Shown one piece after another: positions 1 to 7,155 of a stretch of DNA of 39,497 nt; position 1 is the stretch's first letter, and every line of letters starts with the position of its first letter. Below the pieces are notes generated by a model. That model had not been told where the DNA came from. It ran no database searches and saw only the letters and a list, made by a program, of their open reading frames with translations. Source of the DNA: a virus (lineage: Duplodnaviria; Heunggongvirae; Uroviricota; Caudoviricetes); IMG/VR virus record IMGVR_UViG_2778261536_000006; one strand, 5' to 3'. A program made the translations under genes and the position numbers.

Positions 1-573
1 ATGTTTTGCGAAGAAAAAGTAGCTCAAATGGCTGCATACCTACTTCTTAAGCGAGGTGGGCGCATGGCATATCTGAAATTGATGAAGTTGCTCTATCTGT
101 CTAACCGCCAGTCGATTTTGAAGCATGGCAGGATGATCGGCGAAGATAGCCTTTACTCTATGAAATTTGGACCAGTCATGTCGAATACGCTGAACTTGAT
201 TCGCGGTAAGGCTGAAGGCATTGGTGACTACTGGTACAACTTGATAGAGACGAACGGGCATAATGTATCGTTGCGTTCAGATCCGAGGGAAATGGATGCA
301 GACGAGGTCTTTGATGAATTGAGTCGTGCAGATATCCGGATTTTAGATGAAATCTATTCTCGGTATGGGCATATGAACCGATTTGATCTCGCAAATATGA
401 CGCATTTAGAAAGCGTTTGTCCAGAGTGGCACGATCCTGGCAATTCTCGTAAGCCTATAGACCTGAAAGAAATGCTGATCAGTGAGGGTAAAAGCGAGGA
501 TGAGGCTAATCGCATAATTGGCAAAATGGAAGAATCTCAGAAACTTAAGGAATTTTCTTTGCAATTATCATGA
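1..573 (+). CDS. Panacea-domain (DUF4065, SocA/GepA-like) phage-associated protein, putative antitoxin
   Basis: 190-aa ORF with LKLMKLLYL and GPV motifs that I recognise as Panacea-like; stop overlaps the next ORF start (ATGA). Confidence 0.5.
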   Translation: MFCEEKVAQMAAYLLLKRGGRMAYLKLMKLLYLSNRQSILKHGRMIGEDSLYSMKFGPVMSNTLNLIRGKAEGIGDYWYNLIETNGHNVSLRSDPREMDADEVFDELSRADIRILDEIYSRYGHMNRFDLANMTHLESVCPEWHDPGNSRKPIDLKEMLISEGKSEDEANRIIGKMEESQKLKEFSLQLS

Positions 574-989
574 CGGATTATCAGCCATACAGGAAAGGAA
601 CTGTGCTTGCCCCAACTGGGCCATGCAATCATCTTCATGTGATTTGTAATGATCCTGTTTATTACCCCGTTAACGATTGTTATTGTGTTTTAGTTGTTAA
701 TATTTCTAGTATCAAGGATGGTGTCCCCCACGATCCGTCTTGCGTCTTGAATTCTGGTGATCATCGCTTTATCAAGCATCCAAGTTATGTTGTTTACGCT
801 GAAGCTATAATTTGGCGAGTGGATAACATGGTTAGAAAGCAGCGATCGGGTGAGATTTCTGTTCATGATGATATGCCAGAAGCTACATTCAATAGAATTC
901 TGGACGGTTTTGATATCTCTGATGAAGTTACGCCAAAGAACCTTAAATTTAAAAATAAATATTGCGTATCATCTATTGATGATGAGTAA
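570..989 (+). CDS. Hypothetical protein, candidate toxin/effector partner of the Panacea-like gene
   Basis: 139-aa ORF whose ATG overlaps the upstream stop by 4 bp, implying translational coupling; no family recognised. Confidence 0.45.
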   Translation: MTDYQPYRKGTVLAPTGPCNHLHVICNDPVYYPVNDCYCVLVVNISSIKDGVPHDPSCVLNSGDHRFIKHPSYVVYAEAIIWRVDNMVRKQRSGEISVHDDMPEATFNRILDGFDISDEVTPKNLKFKNKYCVSSIDDE

Positions 990-1028
990 ACAACAGGAAT
1001 TGTTTCGGTATAACTTCAGGAGTTTTCT

Positions 1029-1202
1029 ATGGAAGATCAAAAAGCAACCAAGCCACAGGTTAAGTTCGACACAATGAAAGCATTCGCAGGTATGGGTGCT
1101 GCTGTTGAAGTTCTGATGAAGGCTGCTCCTAATGCGTTCACTCACGCTACTGTCTCTGGTAAAGAGCAGCAGGGTAAGCTTCGTCGTCGCAAAGCAGCAT
1201 GA
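1029..1202 (+). CDS. Small hypothetical protein (57 aa)
   Basis: ATG at 1029 preceded by AGGAG (1018-1022) with a 6-nt spacer; below the ORF-track length cutoff; followed by a terminator. Confidence 0.35.
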   Translation: MEDQKATKPQVKFDTMKAFAGMGAAVEVLMKAAPNAFTHATVSGKEQQGKLRRRKAA

Positions 1203-1221
1203 TCATAGCTGGTGCTTTTTG

Positions 1222-1248
1222 AAAACCCGCCTTTAGGCGGGTTTTTTA
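1222..1248. terminator. Bidirectional rho-independent terminator
   Basis: AAAACCCGCC-TTTA-GGCGGGTTTTTT: GC stem flanked by an A-run and a T-run, between convergent genes. Confidence 0.7.
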
Positions 1249-1249
1249 T

Positions 1250-1558
1250 TTAGTGATGTTCTTTGCCCTTCTGTTTGCTTGTTCTGACCTGTTCCCACTC
1301 GATACGTCCTTCTTCTCGTCTTTTGTCTATGTATTCCGCAAGATCCTGAATATTGATGCAACGTTTTGCTTTTTGCGATGTGCCGATGCGATATGTTGGA
1401 ACGGGCAACTTACAAGCGTTTGCTTTTGCTTCTGCCGTGGCTGGACTCATGCCAAAGTACTTTTGGCTAACTGCTGAGAGTTCAATGTTAGGGGTATTGA
1501 ATTCAGCCATCAGTAAAAACAAGGTGTTCATAATTTTCTCCATCAAAACCGGCTGCAC
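1250..1558 (-). CDS. PrtN-family (MerR-like HTH) DNA-binding protein, possible excisionase-like regulator
   Basis: 102-aa ORF, last gene of the leftward early operon; N-terminal MNTLFLLMAEF region resembles PrtN-type regulators; start codon uncertain (three in-frame Met). Confidence 0.45.
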   Translation of the reverse strand: MQPVLMEKIMNTLFLLMAEFNTPNIELSAVSQKYFGMSPATAEAKANACKLPVPTYRIGTSQKAKRCINIQDLAEYIDKRREEGRIEWEQVRTSKQKGKEHH

Positions 1559-1567
1559 CCGGGAAAA

Positions 1568-2140
1568 TCATAATTCTGTGCTGGTGGCAGGAATTAATTT
1601 CTGCCAGATAGCGGAAACATATTTTGCCTGATGACGGGCATCGGCCAGGGCGTTGTGCCGTTCGCCATCGAAAGGCATGTCCATTTTGGGGGCGAATCCG
1701 ATGGAACGCCCAAGCGTAACGATCGTGCGTACATCGTGGTCATTCCAGTATGCCCACGGGCAGATTTGTCCTGCTCGCTCATAAGCTCCACGTAAAATTA
1801 CGTTGTCGAAGGTGGCCCCGTTACCCCAGACTTTTAAATATTTTGTATTGTCTGCATGCTGATTAATGAAATGGCTCAGTTCAGAGAGTGCATCGCTGAT
1901 CGACAAAGTATCATCAATACAGATTGCAGCTCGTGCTTCAGGGCTCTGTTTCAACCACCACAGGATGGTATCGCCGTCAGGTGTGGCCCCTTGCTCCATA
2001 GCACTTTCCAGGCTGACAACCGTATAGAATTCTTGTCCGATGTCTCCGGTTTCTGGGGTGAAGAACACCGCGCCAATGGAAACGATTGGTGCATCCTTAT
2101 TTTTCCCCATCGTCTCAAGGTCGATCATTAAGTTGTTCAT
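1568..2140 (-). CDS. DEDD-type 3'-5' exonuclease (DnaQ-like, phage-encoded)
   Basis: 190 aa with N-terminal IDLETMG motif typical of DEDD exonucleases. Confidence 0.6.
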   Translation of the reverse strand: MNNLMIDLETMGKNKDAPIVSIGAVFFTPETGDIGQEFYTVVSLESAMEQGATPDGDTILWWLKQSPEARAAICIDDTLSISDALSELSHFINQHADNTKYLKVWGNGATFDNVILRGAYERAGQICPWAYWNDHDVRTIVTLGRSIGFAPKMDMPFDGERHNALADARHQAKYVSAIWQKLIPATSTEL

Positions 2141-2451
2141 TACTTCACCTCCTGCGTTTCTTTGCTGCTGTGAATTCGCCAGTTACCGACGCCTTCCCAT
2201 TCAAACTGGCGGTTACTAATTCGCGTCCAGCCCCTGCCGAAAAGCAAATCCAGATACCAGTATTTTAAAGTTCTGATAATTGCTCTTACAGTTGGTTTGC
2301 ATCCAGAAGTCTTTGATGCGCAAATAAAGCACCGAGTTATGCTCATGGCCTCTACAAAAGGCCAGATAAACCAAACCCAGATGCAAAGAGCCACGAACAA
2401 CATGAGCGCAATGTTAGCCACTAAGCCAGACCAGTACAGATAATTGCTCAC
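2140..2451 (-). CDS. Small membrane protein, hypothetical
   Basis: 103 aa with a hydrophobic N-terminal segment; overlaps neighbouring genes by 1-4 bp (operon). Confidence 0.4.
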   Translation of the reverse strand: MSNYLYWSGLVANIALMLFVALCIWVWFIWPFVEAMSITRCFICASKTSGCKPTVRAIIRTLKYWYLDLLFGRGWTRISNRQFEWEGVGNWRIHSSKETQEVK

Positions 2452-2687
2452 TGGTTGCCTCCTTTACGGATCTGCGCTGCGATGCGCGAAAAAAAAGACT
2501 CCCGCGTATGACTGTTAAGAGCTGGCGCGAACGCTGCGTTAAGAACGGCAGCATCACAGCCGTCATCGATATAGAGCGCAATTTTTTTCTCCAGGCGCGC
2601 TTTGGCTTCCTGCAACTGCATACCCCGGCACGCACGCGGGATATACTCAGCAATTTGAGCGATAGATTTTTCGTTCTGTTTAAACAT
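2448..2687 (-). CDS. Hypothetical phage protein
   Basis: 79-aa ORF in the operon with overlapping stop/start; no domain recognised. Confidence 0.4.
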   Translation of the reverse strand: MFKQNEKSIAQIAEYIPRACRGMQLQEAKARLEKKIALYIDDGCDAAVLNAAFAPALNSHTRESFFSRIAAQIRKGGNQ

Positions 2688-2883
2688 GCTTCACCTCGAT
2701 AGGCTTGATGCTGTCGATCAGCAGTCGGCGGCGCGTATTTTCTGCAAAGTGGCGGCGTCCGGTTTCTTTGTGGTAAAACTCGTTTTTTCCGACGACCCAC
2801 ATCCGCTTTGTCTGGTGCAGTTTTTTTACCTGCGGACCGTCTCGGGTGATAACAATTCCTGTATGAGTTTTTATCACGCTCAT
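2680..2883 (-). CDS. Hypothetical phage protein
   Basis: 67-aa ORF in the same leftward operon. Confidence 0.35.
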   Translation of the reverse strand: MSVIKTHTGIVITRDGPQVKKLHQTKRMWVVGKNEFYHKETGRRHFAENTRRRLLIDSIKPIEVKHV

Positions 2884-3242
2884 TTCTTATTCTCCGGTGC
2901 TTTTGGCATTACTGCCCAGTGAGTGATATTGACGTTTTCAAGGTCCCCGACCTGAAATGTCCACTGCCATTCTCCGGTTTCTTTTTGTCCCCAGGTGTAC
3001 CAGAGAGAACGCCAGCCAATTAGCCAGCCTTCTCCGTTAGCATCAAATAACAGAACACTTTCATTTGCTGGTGGCAGTTCAGCTGACACTGGTATTATTT
3101 TGTTTTCCAGTGCCGTACATTTAGCTTCAAGCGCATCGAATTTACGTACCAGGTACTCAGCATTTGTTTCGTTCACTTTCAGATCTCGCGGTACACATTT
3201 CCCGCGAAGAAACCCTTCCATTTCGAAAACATTCATGCGCAT
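2880..3242 (-). CDS. DUF551-like phage protein
   Basis: 120 aa with Trp-rich C-terminus ending ITHWAVMPKAPE, resembling the DUF551 signature. Confidence 0.4.
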   Translation of the reverse strand: MRMNVFEMEGFLRGKCVPRDLKVNETNAEYLVRKFDALEAKCTALENKIIPVSAELPPANESVLLFDANGEGWLIGWRSLWYTWGQKETGEWQWTFQVGDLENVNITHWAVMPKAPENKK

Positions 3243-3769
3243 TTGCGTAACTCCGATAACTCGTTAAAACGTTCCATAAACATCCCGTAGGCATGGCCTG
3301 GTGACAGTGGAATAACTTTGAACATCTCTGTCGCCGGGATACCTTCCAGTACAGGCCAGAAAGAGCCATCATCAAGCCCGAGATCGCGGCGTTCGGTTGC
3401 CAGCATAATGAGATCGGCATATTTCACTGGCGTGCTCATAACAGGAGGTAACCCGTATTTCTCACGGATTACGGCGTCTATTTTTTCTTCCATCCGTTTA
3501 TAGTCAGGAAGAAGGCGTTTCAGTGGTGCGGGGATGTCCTGGCAATATGCTTCTGTTGCATCATGCATTAACGCTTCAAAAGCAAATTCCTGCGGTACCA
3601 GCTGGCTGCAAAGCACCGCATGTTGGGCGACGCTGTAGAAGTGTGGAAGATGTCCTGCAAAGCGACAGATATTTGAAAGGGAAACCGCGATATCGTTAAT
3701 AACGATGTCGTCTTTATTTATCCTGTCATAATAAAAATGCTTCCCGGAAAAAGTTTTAATAAATGACAT
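3233..3769 (-). CDS. HD-domain phosphohydrolase (YfdR-like)
   Basis: HD-type motifs; start moved to the internal Met at 3769, which has GGAG 6 nt upstream (track ORF runs to 3796). Confidence 0.6.
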   Translation of the reverse strand: MSFIKTFSGKHFYYDRINKDDIVINDIAVSLSNICRFAGHLPHFYSVAQHAVLCSQLVPQEFAFEALMHDATEAYCQDIPAPLKRLLPDYKRMEEKIDAVIREKYGLPPVMSTPVKYADLIMLATERRDLGLDDGSFWPVLEGIPATEMFKVIPLSPGHAYGMFMERFNELSELRKCA

Positions 3770-3861
3770 TTTGTTCTCCACGTATATGCGCTGCACCGCG
3801 CTGAATTCGGGTAAAAGGAAGCCCTCACCGTCCGGCGATTATTGAGTCAATTACATTTCCA

Positions 3862-4260
3862 TAAATGCCCCCGTAGGGGCGGTTAGTTTCTCCACAAAAC
3901 AGAGAAGAACACCTGCGGTGGCAGCCGCCCGGATGGATTGGGTTATGAGCCCGTCGTCCGGTGATGCTCTTCTCTGTTTTGTAAAAAGGACGGTACCAGC
4001 CGGAAGCAAGGGTACAAGCTGGTACCGCCAAGACTACACACAGCATAAAGTTGTGGTGCCGGGTGCCTCCCGGTGCCTGGCGAAGGTTGCACACCAGGCG
4101 GGTGGGTATCCACAGAAGGTCGACTGTCAGCCTCAACCTTAACCCGCGTGCGCTGAGCCGCATTCACCACAACGCTAAGGATTCTCTCTGGTTGAAAATA
4201 CTTAGCTGTTATGTGCCTGTCTTTTCACCACTTCAGGCTCGGTGGTATCCTTTTAAGCCC
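3862..4260. other. GC-rich, hairpin-dense non-coding island (possible structured RNA)
   Basis: No protein-like ORF on either strand; perfect 15-bp inverted repeat 3894-3908/3968-3982, perfect 10-bp inverted repeat 3991-4000/4018-4027, further stems at 4075-4099 and 4116-4140, GGTGCC x3 at 4055-4077. Confidence 0.4.
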
Positions 4261-4282
4261 GTATACATAAAAGGAAAATCAA

Positions 4283-4528
4283 ATGACTTTTGATGAAAAA
4301 GAACTTGATAATGCAATTAATAAAATCATCGTAACGTCGCTCTTTTCCTGTCTCAGCGACACTCAGCAGAAACAGTTCTACGAATCGGCTTTCAACATGA
4401 TCGAGCGTTGTTGTTTCTGCGATGCCGACGAGTTACCTGAAAAAATCAGGAAACAGTTGGCTGATGCTCTTCGAGTGCGACTTTCTGACCAATTTTCTGA
4501 AATGTACTCTCCGAATTTGGACAAATAG
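4283..4528 (+). CDS. Hypothetical protein (81 aa), antisense to the early-left operon
   Basis: ATG with AAAGGAAAA upstream; overlaps the 3' end of the convergent ORF 4446-4721; coding status uncertain. Confidence 0.3.
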   Translation: MTFDEKELDNAINKIIVTSLFSCLSDTQQKQFYESAFNMIERCCFCDADELPEKIRKQLADALRVRLSDQFSEMYSPNLDK

Positions 4529-4721
4529 AAAAAGGCCATTTCCATTCAGGGTCTGATGGAAAGACTTCAGCCTGTTCCAAAGCACGGCGTAAAGAGAATA
4601 CAACTCCAGCCATAATCTGATGTTTCCCATTGGTCCAGCTATCGCCGCTCTGATCTACAGGAGCGGCTATGTCGTATGACCAAACGACTTCACCACTATT
4701 GTTTAAAATCTGGACTTTCAT
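4446..4721 (-). CDS. Hypothetical early protein (91 aa)
   Basis: ORF in operon orientation with GGAGG 12 nt upstream; overlaps the convergent plus-strand ORF; uncertain. Confidence 0.3.
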   Translation of the reverse strand: MKVQILNNSGEVVWSYDIAAPVDQSGDSWTNGKHQIMAGVVFSLRRALEQAEVFPSDPEWKWPFSICPNSESTFQKIGQKVALEEHQPTVS

Positions 4722-4729
4722 TTTGTTCT

Positions 4730-4951
4730 TTAACCTCCAGATTTCCGCGCATCTAAAGGCGCATTCTCATTTGGTGTGAACTGAATAGTTGTGCTGATAT
4801 TGATTAATGCCCCGACACACAAGACTACGCACTCAGAGCAGATAGCAACTTCATCTTTTCCGCCTTTGGCGATGATTTTTTTTGCCTGCAGCTCGTTTGC
4901 GCCACAAAACGAGCATGTGAAATAACGGTTCATTTGCGCTCTCTTACACAT
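4730..4951 (-). CDS. ClpX-type C4 zinc-finger (ZBD-like) small protein
   Basis: CSFCG...EVAICSECVVLC matches the CxxC...CxxC pattern and spacing of the ClpX N-terminal zinc-binding domain; first gene of the leftward operon. Confidence 0.5.
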   Translation of the reverse strand: MCKRAQMNRYFTCSFCGANELQAKKIIAKGGKDEVAICSECVVLCVGALINISTTIQFTPNENAPLDARKSGG

Positions 4952-5126
4952 AGTATTTAACGAATCATCCGGTCATTCATACGCCACCGGCGGCTACTTC
5001 GTGTTCGTCCTGACTGTTCGTTTTTGACATTTACTGACCGCTTACGACACATGCACCATGCACCGTGTTGCAACTAGATTTTGTTGTAATCCTGTAGTTG
5101 GTCTGGAACAAAAGATAAAATTAAAA

Positions 5127-5163
5127 TGCGATATACGCAAGTAATATTTTGCGAGATGTGCAA
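5127..5163. promoter_or_regulatory. Putative left operator sites (TTGCG/CGCAA half-site motifs)
   Basis: TGCGATATACGCAA (5127-5140) and TTGCGAGATGTGCAA (5149-5163) share half-sites with the cI-cro intergenic sites. Confidence 0.35.
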
Positions 5164-5175
5164 ATTATGGGTGAT

Positions 5176-5196
5176 AAAAAGCCACCTTTCGGTGGC
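5176..5196 (-). terminator. Rho-independent terminator downstream of the repressor gene
   Basis: Minus strand reads GCCACC-GAAA-GGTGGC followed by TTTTT, just 3' of the cI-like stop. Confidence 0.55.
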
Positions 5197-5216
5197 CGAT
5201 GGATGGGATATTGAAG

Positions 5217-5909
5217 TTAATTATGTCTCTTAAGGGTTTGCGACTGACTGATTAAGACCTTTCCAAAGACCATGAATCGGTGTTCGTTTTCGCTAGTAAT
5301 TCCCCATTCACGGTAAATCTGGTTATCAGAAATCACCAGCAGTTTGTCAGGAATCATTTGAAGTCTTTTAACGTATATTTTGTCATCAAAACCAAAGACA
5401 TATATACCATCACCATCAAACTGATTGATGCTGACATCAACGAAGATGAGATCTCCTGGCTCAATGGTTGGACACATACTGTCCCCACGAACGTTGATAA
5501 CTTTGATGTGATTGGCTGGTCGTCCGCCGAACATTGATACAGCATTATCAGTTCTGTATTCGATGGCATGAATCACATCAATGACATCACCGCCCTGGAT
5601 AAGGCCATTTCCCGCACTGGCACTGATATCCAACATTTCAATACGGAACACATCCTTCACCTGCGCAACATCCTCATCATTACTGTTTTTATATACAGTA
5701 TTACTTTTGAGGGCAGAGGTAAAGAGATCAGCAATATCAACACCTAAGCTCTTGGCAATATTACTCAGTGTTTGTTCGGTAAATTGTTTCTGCTTACCCG
5801 TTTCTAAGCGCGAGATGTTCGCCGCATCTACTCCTATTGCTTCAGCGAGATCGGCGATTTTCATGTTCTTCGCTTGGCGAAGTTGTCTGACTCGTTTTCC
5901 TATGTTCAT
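5217..5909 (-). CDS. CI-like phage repressor (HTH-XRE plus S24 LexA-like peptidase domain)
   Basis: 230 aa; N-terminal HTH and C-terminal S24 motifs (GDSM...KRL); divergent from the Cro-like gene. Confidence 0.85.
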   Translation of the reverse strand: MNIGKRVRQLRQAKNMKIADLAEAIGVDAANISRLETGKQKQFTEQTLSNIAKSLGVDIADLFTSALKSNTVYKNSNDEDVAQVKDVFRIEMLDISASAGNGLIQGGDVIDVIHAIEYRTDNAVSMFGGRPANHIKVINVRGDSMCPTIEPGDLIFVDVSINQFDGDGIYVFGFDDKIYVKRLQMIPDKLLVISDNQIYREWGITSENEHRFMVFGKVLISQSQTLKRHN

Positions 5910-5929
5910 GCGTTTATTACATTTCTTTA

Positions 5930-5992
5930 TTGCGTGATAAGCAAATCAACTTGCGCAAAATACTTGCGTGAAATAACATGCATAACGCGCAA
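5930..5992. promoter_or_regulatory. Operator/promoter region between cI-like and cro-like genes
   Basis: TTGCGTGATAAGCAA (5930-5944), perfect palindrome TTGCGCAA (5951-5958) and TTGCG...CGCAA (5964-5992) in the 97-bp divergent intergenic region. Confidence 0.5.
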
Positions 5993-6006
5993 TATTTGGA
6001 GGATAT

Positions 6007-6267
6007 ATGCAATCACCATTACGAAATGTGCGTAAGGCGCATGGTTTCACTTTGCAGCATGTTGCTGCGGGTGTTCAAGTCAATCCAGCGACGTTGAGTC
6101 GTATTGAGAGGCTGGAGCAGATTCCATCTATCGAGCTTGCAGAACGTTTAGCCAATTTTTTTAAGGGTGAAATCAGCGAAATGCAGATTCTTTATCCGGC
6201 ACGTTTTCAATCTAGCCAAAACCAGAATGGGTTTAAACCACAGGAACAGGAGGTGAACCGTGGGTAA
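6007..6267 (+). CDS. Cro-like HTH (XRE family) regulator
   Basis: 86 aa with N-terminal HTH; divergent from repressor; GGAGG 4 nt upstream. Confidence 0.7.
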   Translation: MQSPLRNVRKAHGFTLQHVAAGVQVNPATLSRIERLEQIPSIELAERLANFFKGEISEMQILYPARFQSSQNQNGFKPQEQEVNRG

Positions 6268-6811
6268 GCATCACTGGAAAATAGAAAAACAGCCTGAGTG
6301 GTACGTGAAAGCTGTCAGAAAAACTATCGCGGCGTTGCCGGGTGGTTACGCTGAAGCGGCTGATTGGCTCGATGTAACAGAAAACGCTTTATTCAACCGC
6401 CTTCGTGCAGATGGCGATCAGATTTTCCCGCTGGGATGGGCAATGGTTTTACAGCGTGCTGGTGGCACTCACTTCATTGCTGATGCTGTGGCGCAGTCTG
6501 CAAATGGCGTATTTGTGTCTCTTCCTGACATCGAGGATGTGGACAACGCCGATATCAACCAACGCCTGCTGGAGGTCATTGAACAGATCGGCAGTTATTC
6601 AAAACAGATTCGTTCAGCAATTGAAGACGGTGTAGTGGAACCGCATGAGAAGACAGCAATTAACGATGAGCTGTACCTCTCAATTTCGAAGCTGCAGGAG
6701 CATGCAGCACTGGTCTACAAAATCTTTTGCGTTTCAGAAAGTAGTGACGCCCGCGAGTGTGCAGCTCCGGGCGCCGTGGCGTGTCGTGACTGTGGAGAAA
6801 CTAACGCATGA
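6260..6811 (+). CDS. Putative lysogeny/early regulatory protein (CII-like position)
   Basis: 183 aa, GTG start with AGGAGG 6 nt upstream, immediately after cro; family assignment tentative. Confidence 0.4.
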   Translation: MGKHHWKIEKQPEWYVKAVRKTIAALPGGYAEAADWLDVTENALFNRLRADGDQIFPLGWAMVLQRAGGTHFIADAVAQSANGVFVSLPDIEDVDNADINQRLLEVIEQIGSYSKQIRSAIEDGVVEPHEKTAINDELYLSISKLQEHAALVYKIFCVSESSDARECAAPGAVACRDCGETNA

Positions 6812-7146
6812 ACAGTTTAACAACACACTACCGTCGCTCGCAACTGATTGCGCTTCCTGTACCGGGTGGAAAAGCGAAGGTGGAGTATTGCTATGCAGTA
6901 AATGTACCAGGTGACAGGGTAATTGTAACCCACAGCTTTGCAGAGTGGGCTGTGGGTGATTTCAACCGGCAAAAGGAGACAGTCCTTTGCGACAAGTTAA
7001 CCGCTGGTTCAAAGATCACTACGGAGTGCCCGTCAGAGTCATTCGTTGGGAGCCGGAAACACAACGGGTTATCTACCTCCGTGAAGGCTATGAGCATGAG
7101 TGCTTCAGCCCGCTCGAACAGTTTCGTCGTAAATTCAGGGAAATAG
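6808..7146 (+). CDS. Hypothetical ORF, uncertain (possible frameshifted gene)
   Basis: 112-aa track ORF with a Ser-rich, low-complexity C-terminal half; an alternative TTG-start ORF 6987-7166 in another frame looks more protein-like. Confidence 0.2.
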   Translation: MNSLTTHYRRSQLIALPVPGGKAKVEYCYAVNVPGDRVIVTHSFAEWAVGDFNRQKETVLCDKLTAGSKITTECPSESFVGSRKHNGLSTSVKAMSMSASARSNSFVVNSGK

Positions 7147-7155
7147 AGGTCGGTC

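Noticed and set aside
3862-4260. tRNA, tmRNA, RNase P RNA, retron msr/msd, Hok/Sok or ERIC/REP identity for the GC-rich element
   Set aside because: No T-loop GTTCGA-type motif or tRNA cloverleaf, no reverse transcriptase gene nearby, no small hydrophobic toxin ORF, and no match to ERIC/REP consensus as I recall them.
3825-4293. Track ORFs 3825-4163(-), 3918-4142(+), 3943-4170(-) and 4051-4293(+) as protein-coding genes
   Set aside because: Translations are Arg/Pro/Gly-rich and low-complexity, mutually overlapping in a GC-rich hairpin-dense region, and lack ribosome-binding sites; better explained as non-coding structured sequence.
6645-6914. ORF 6645-6914 (+) as a gene
   Set aside because: Lies in an alternate frame almost entirely inside the cII-like gene with an Arg/Cys-rich unnatural composition.
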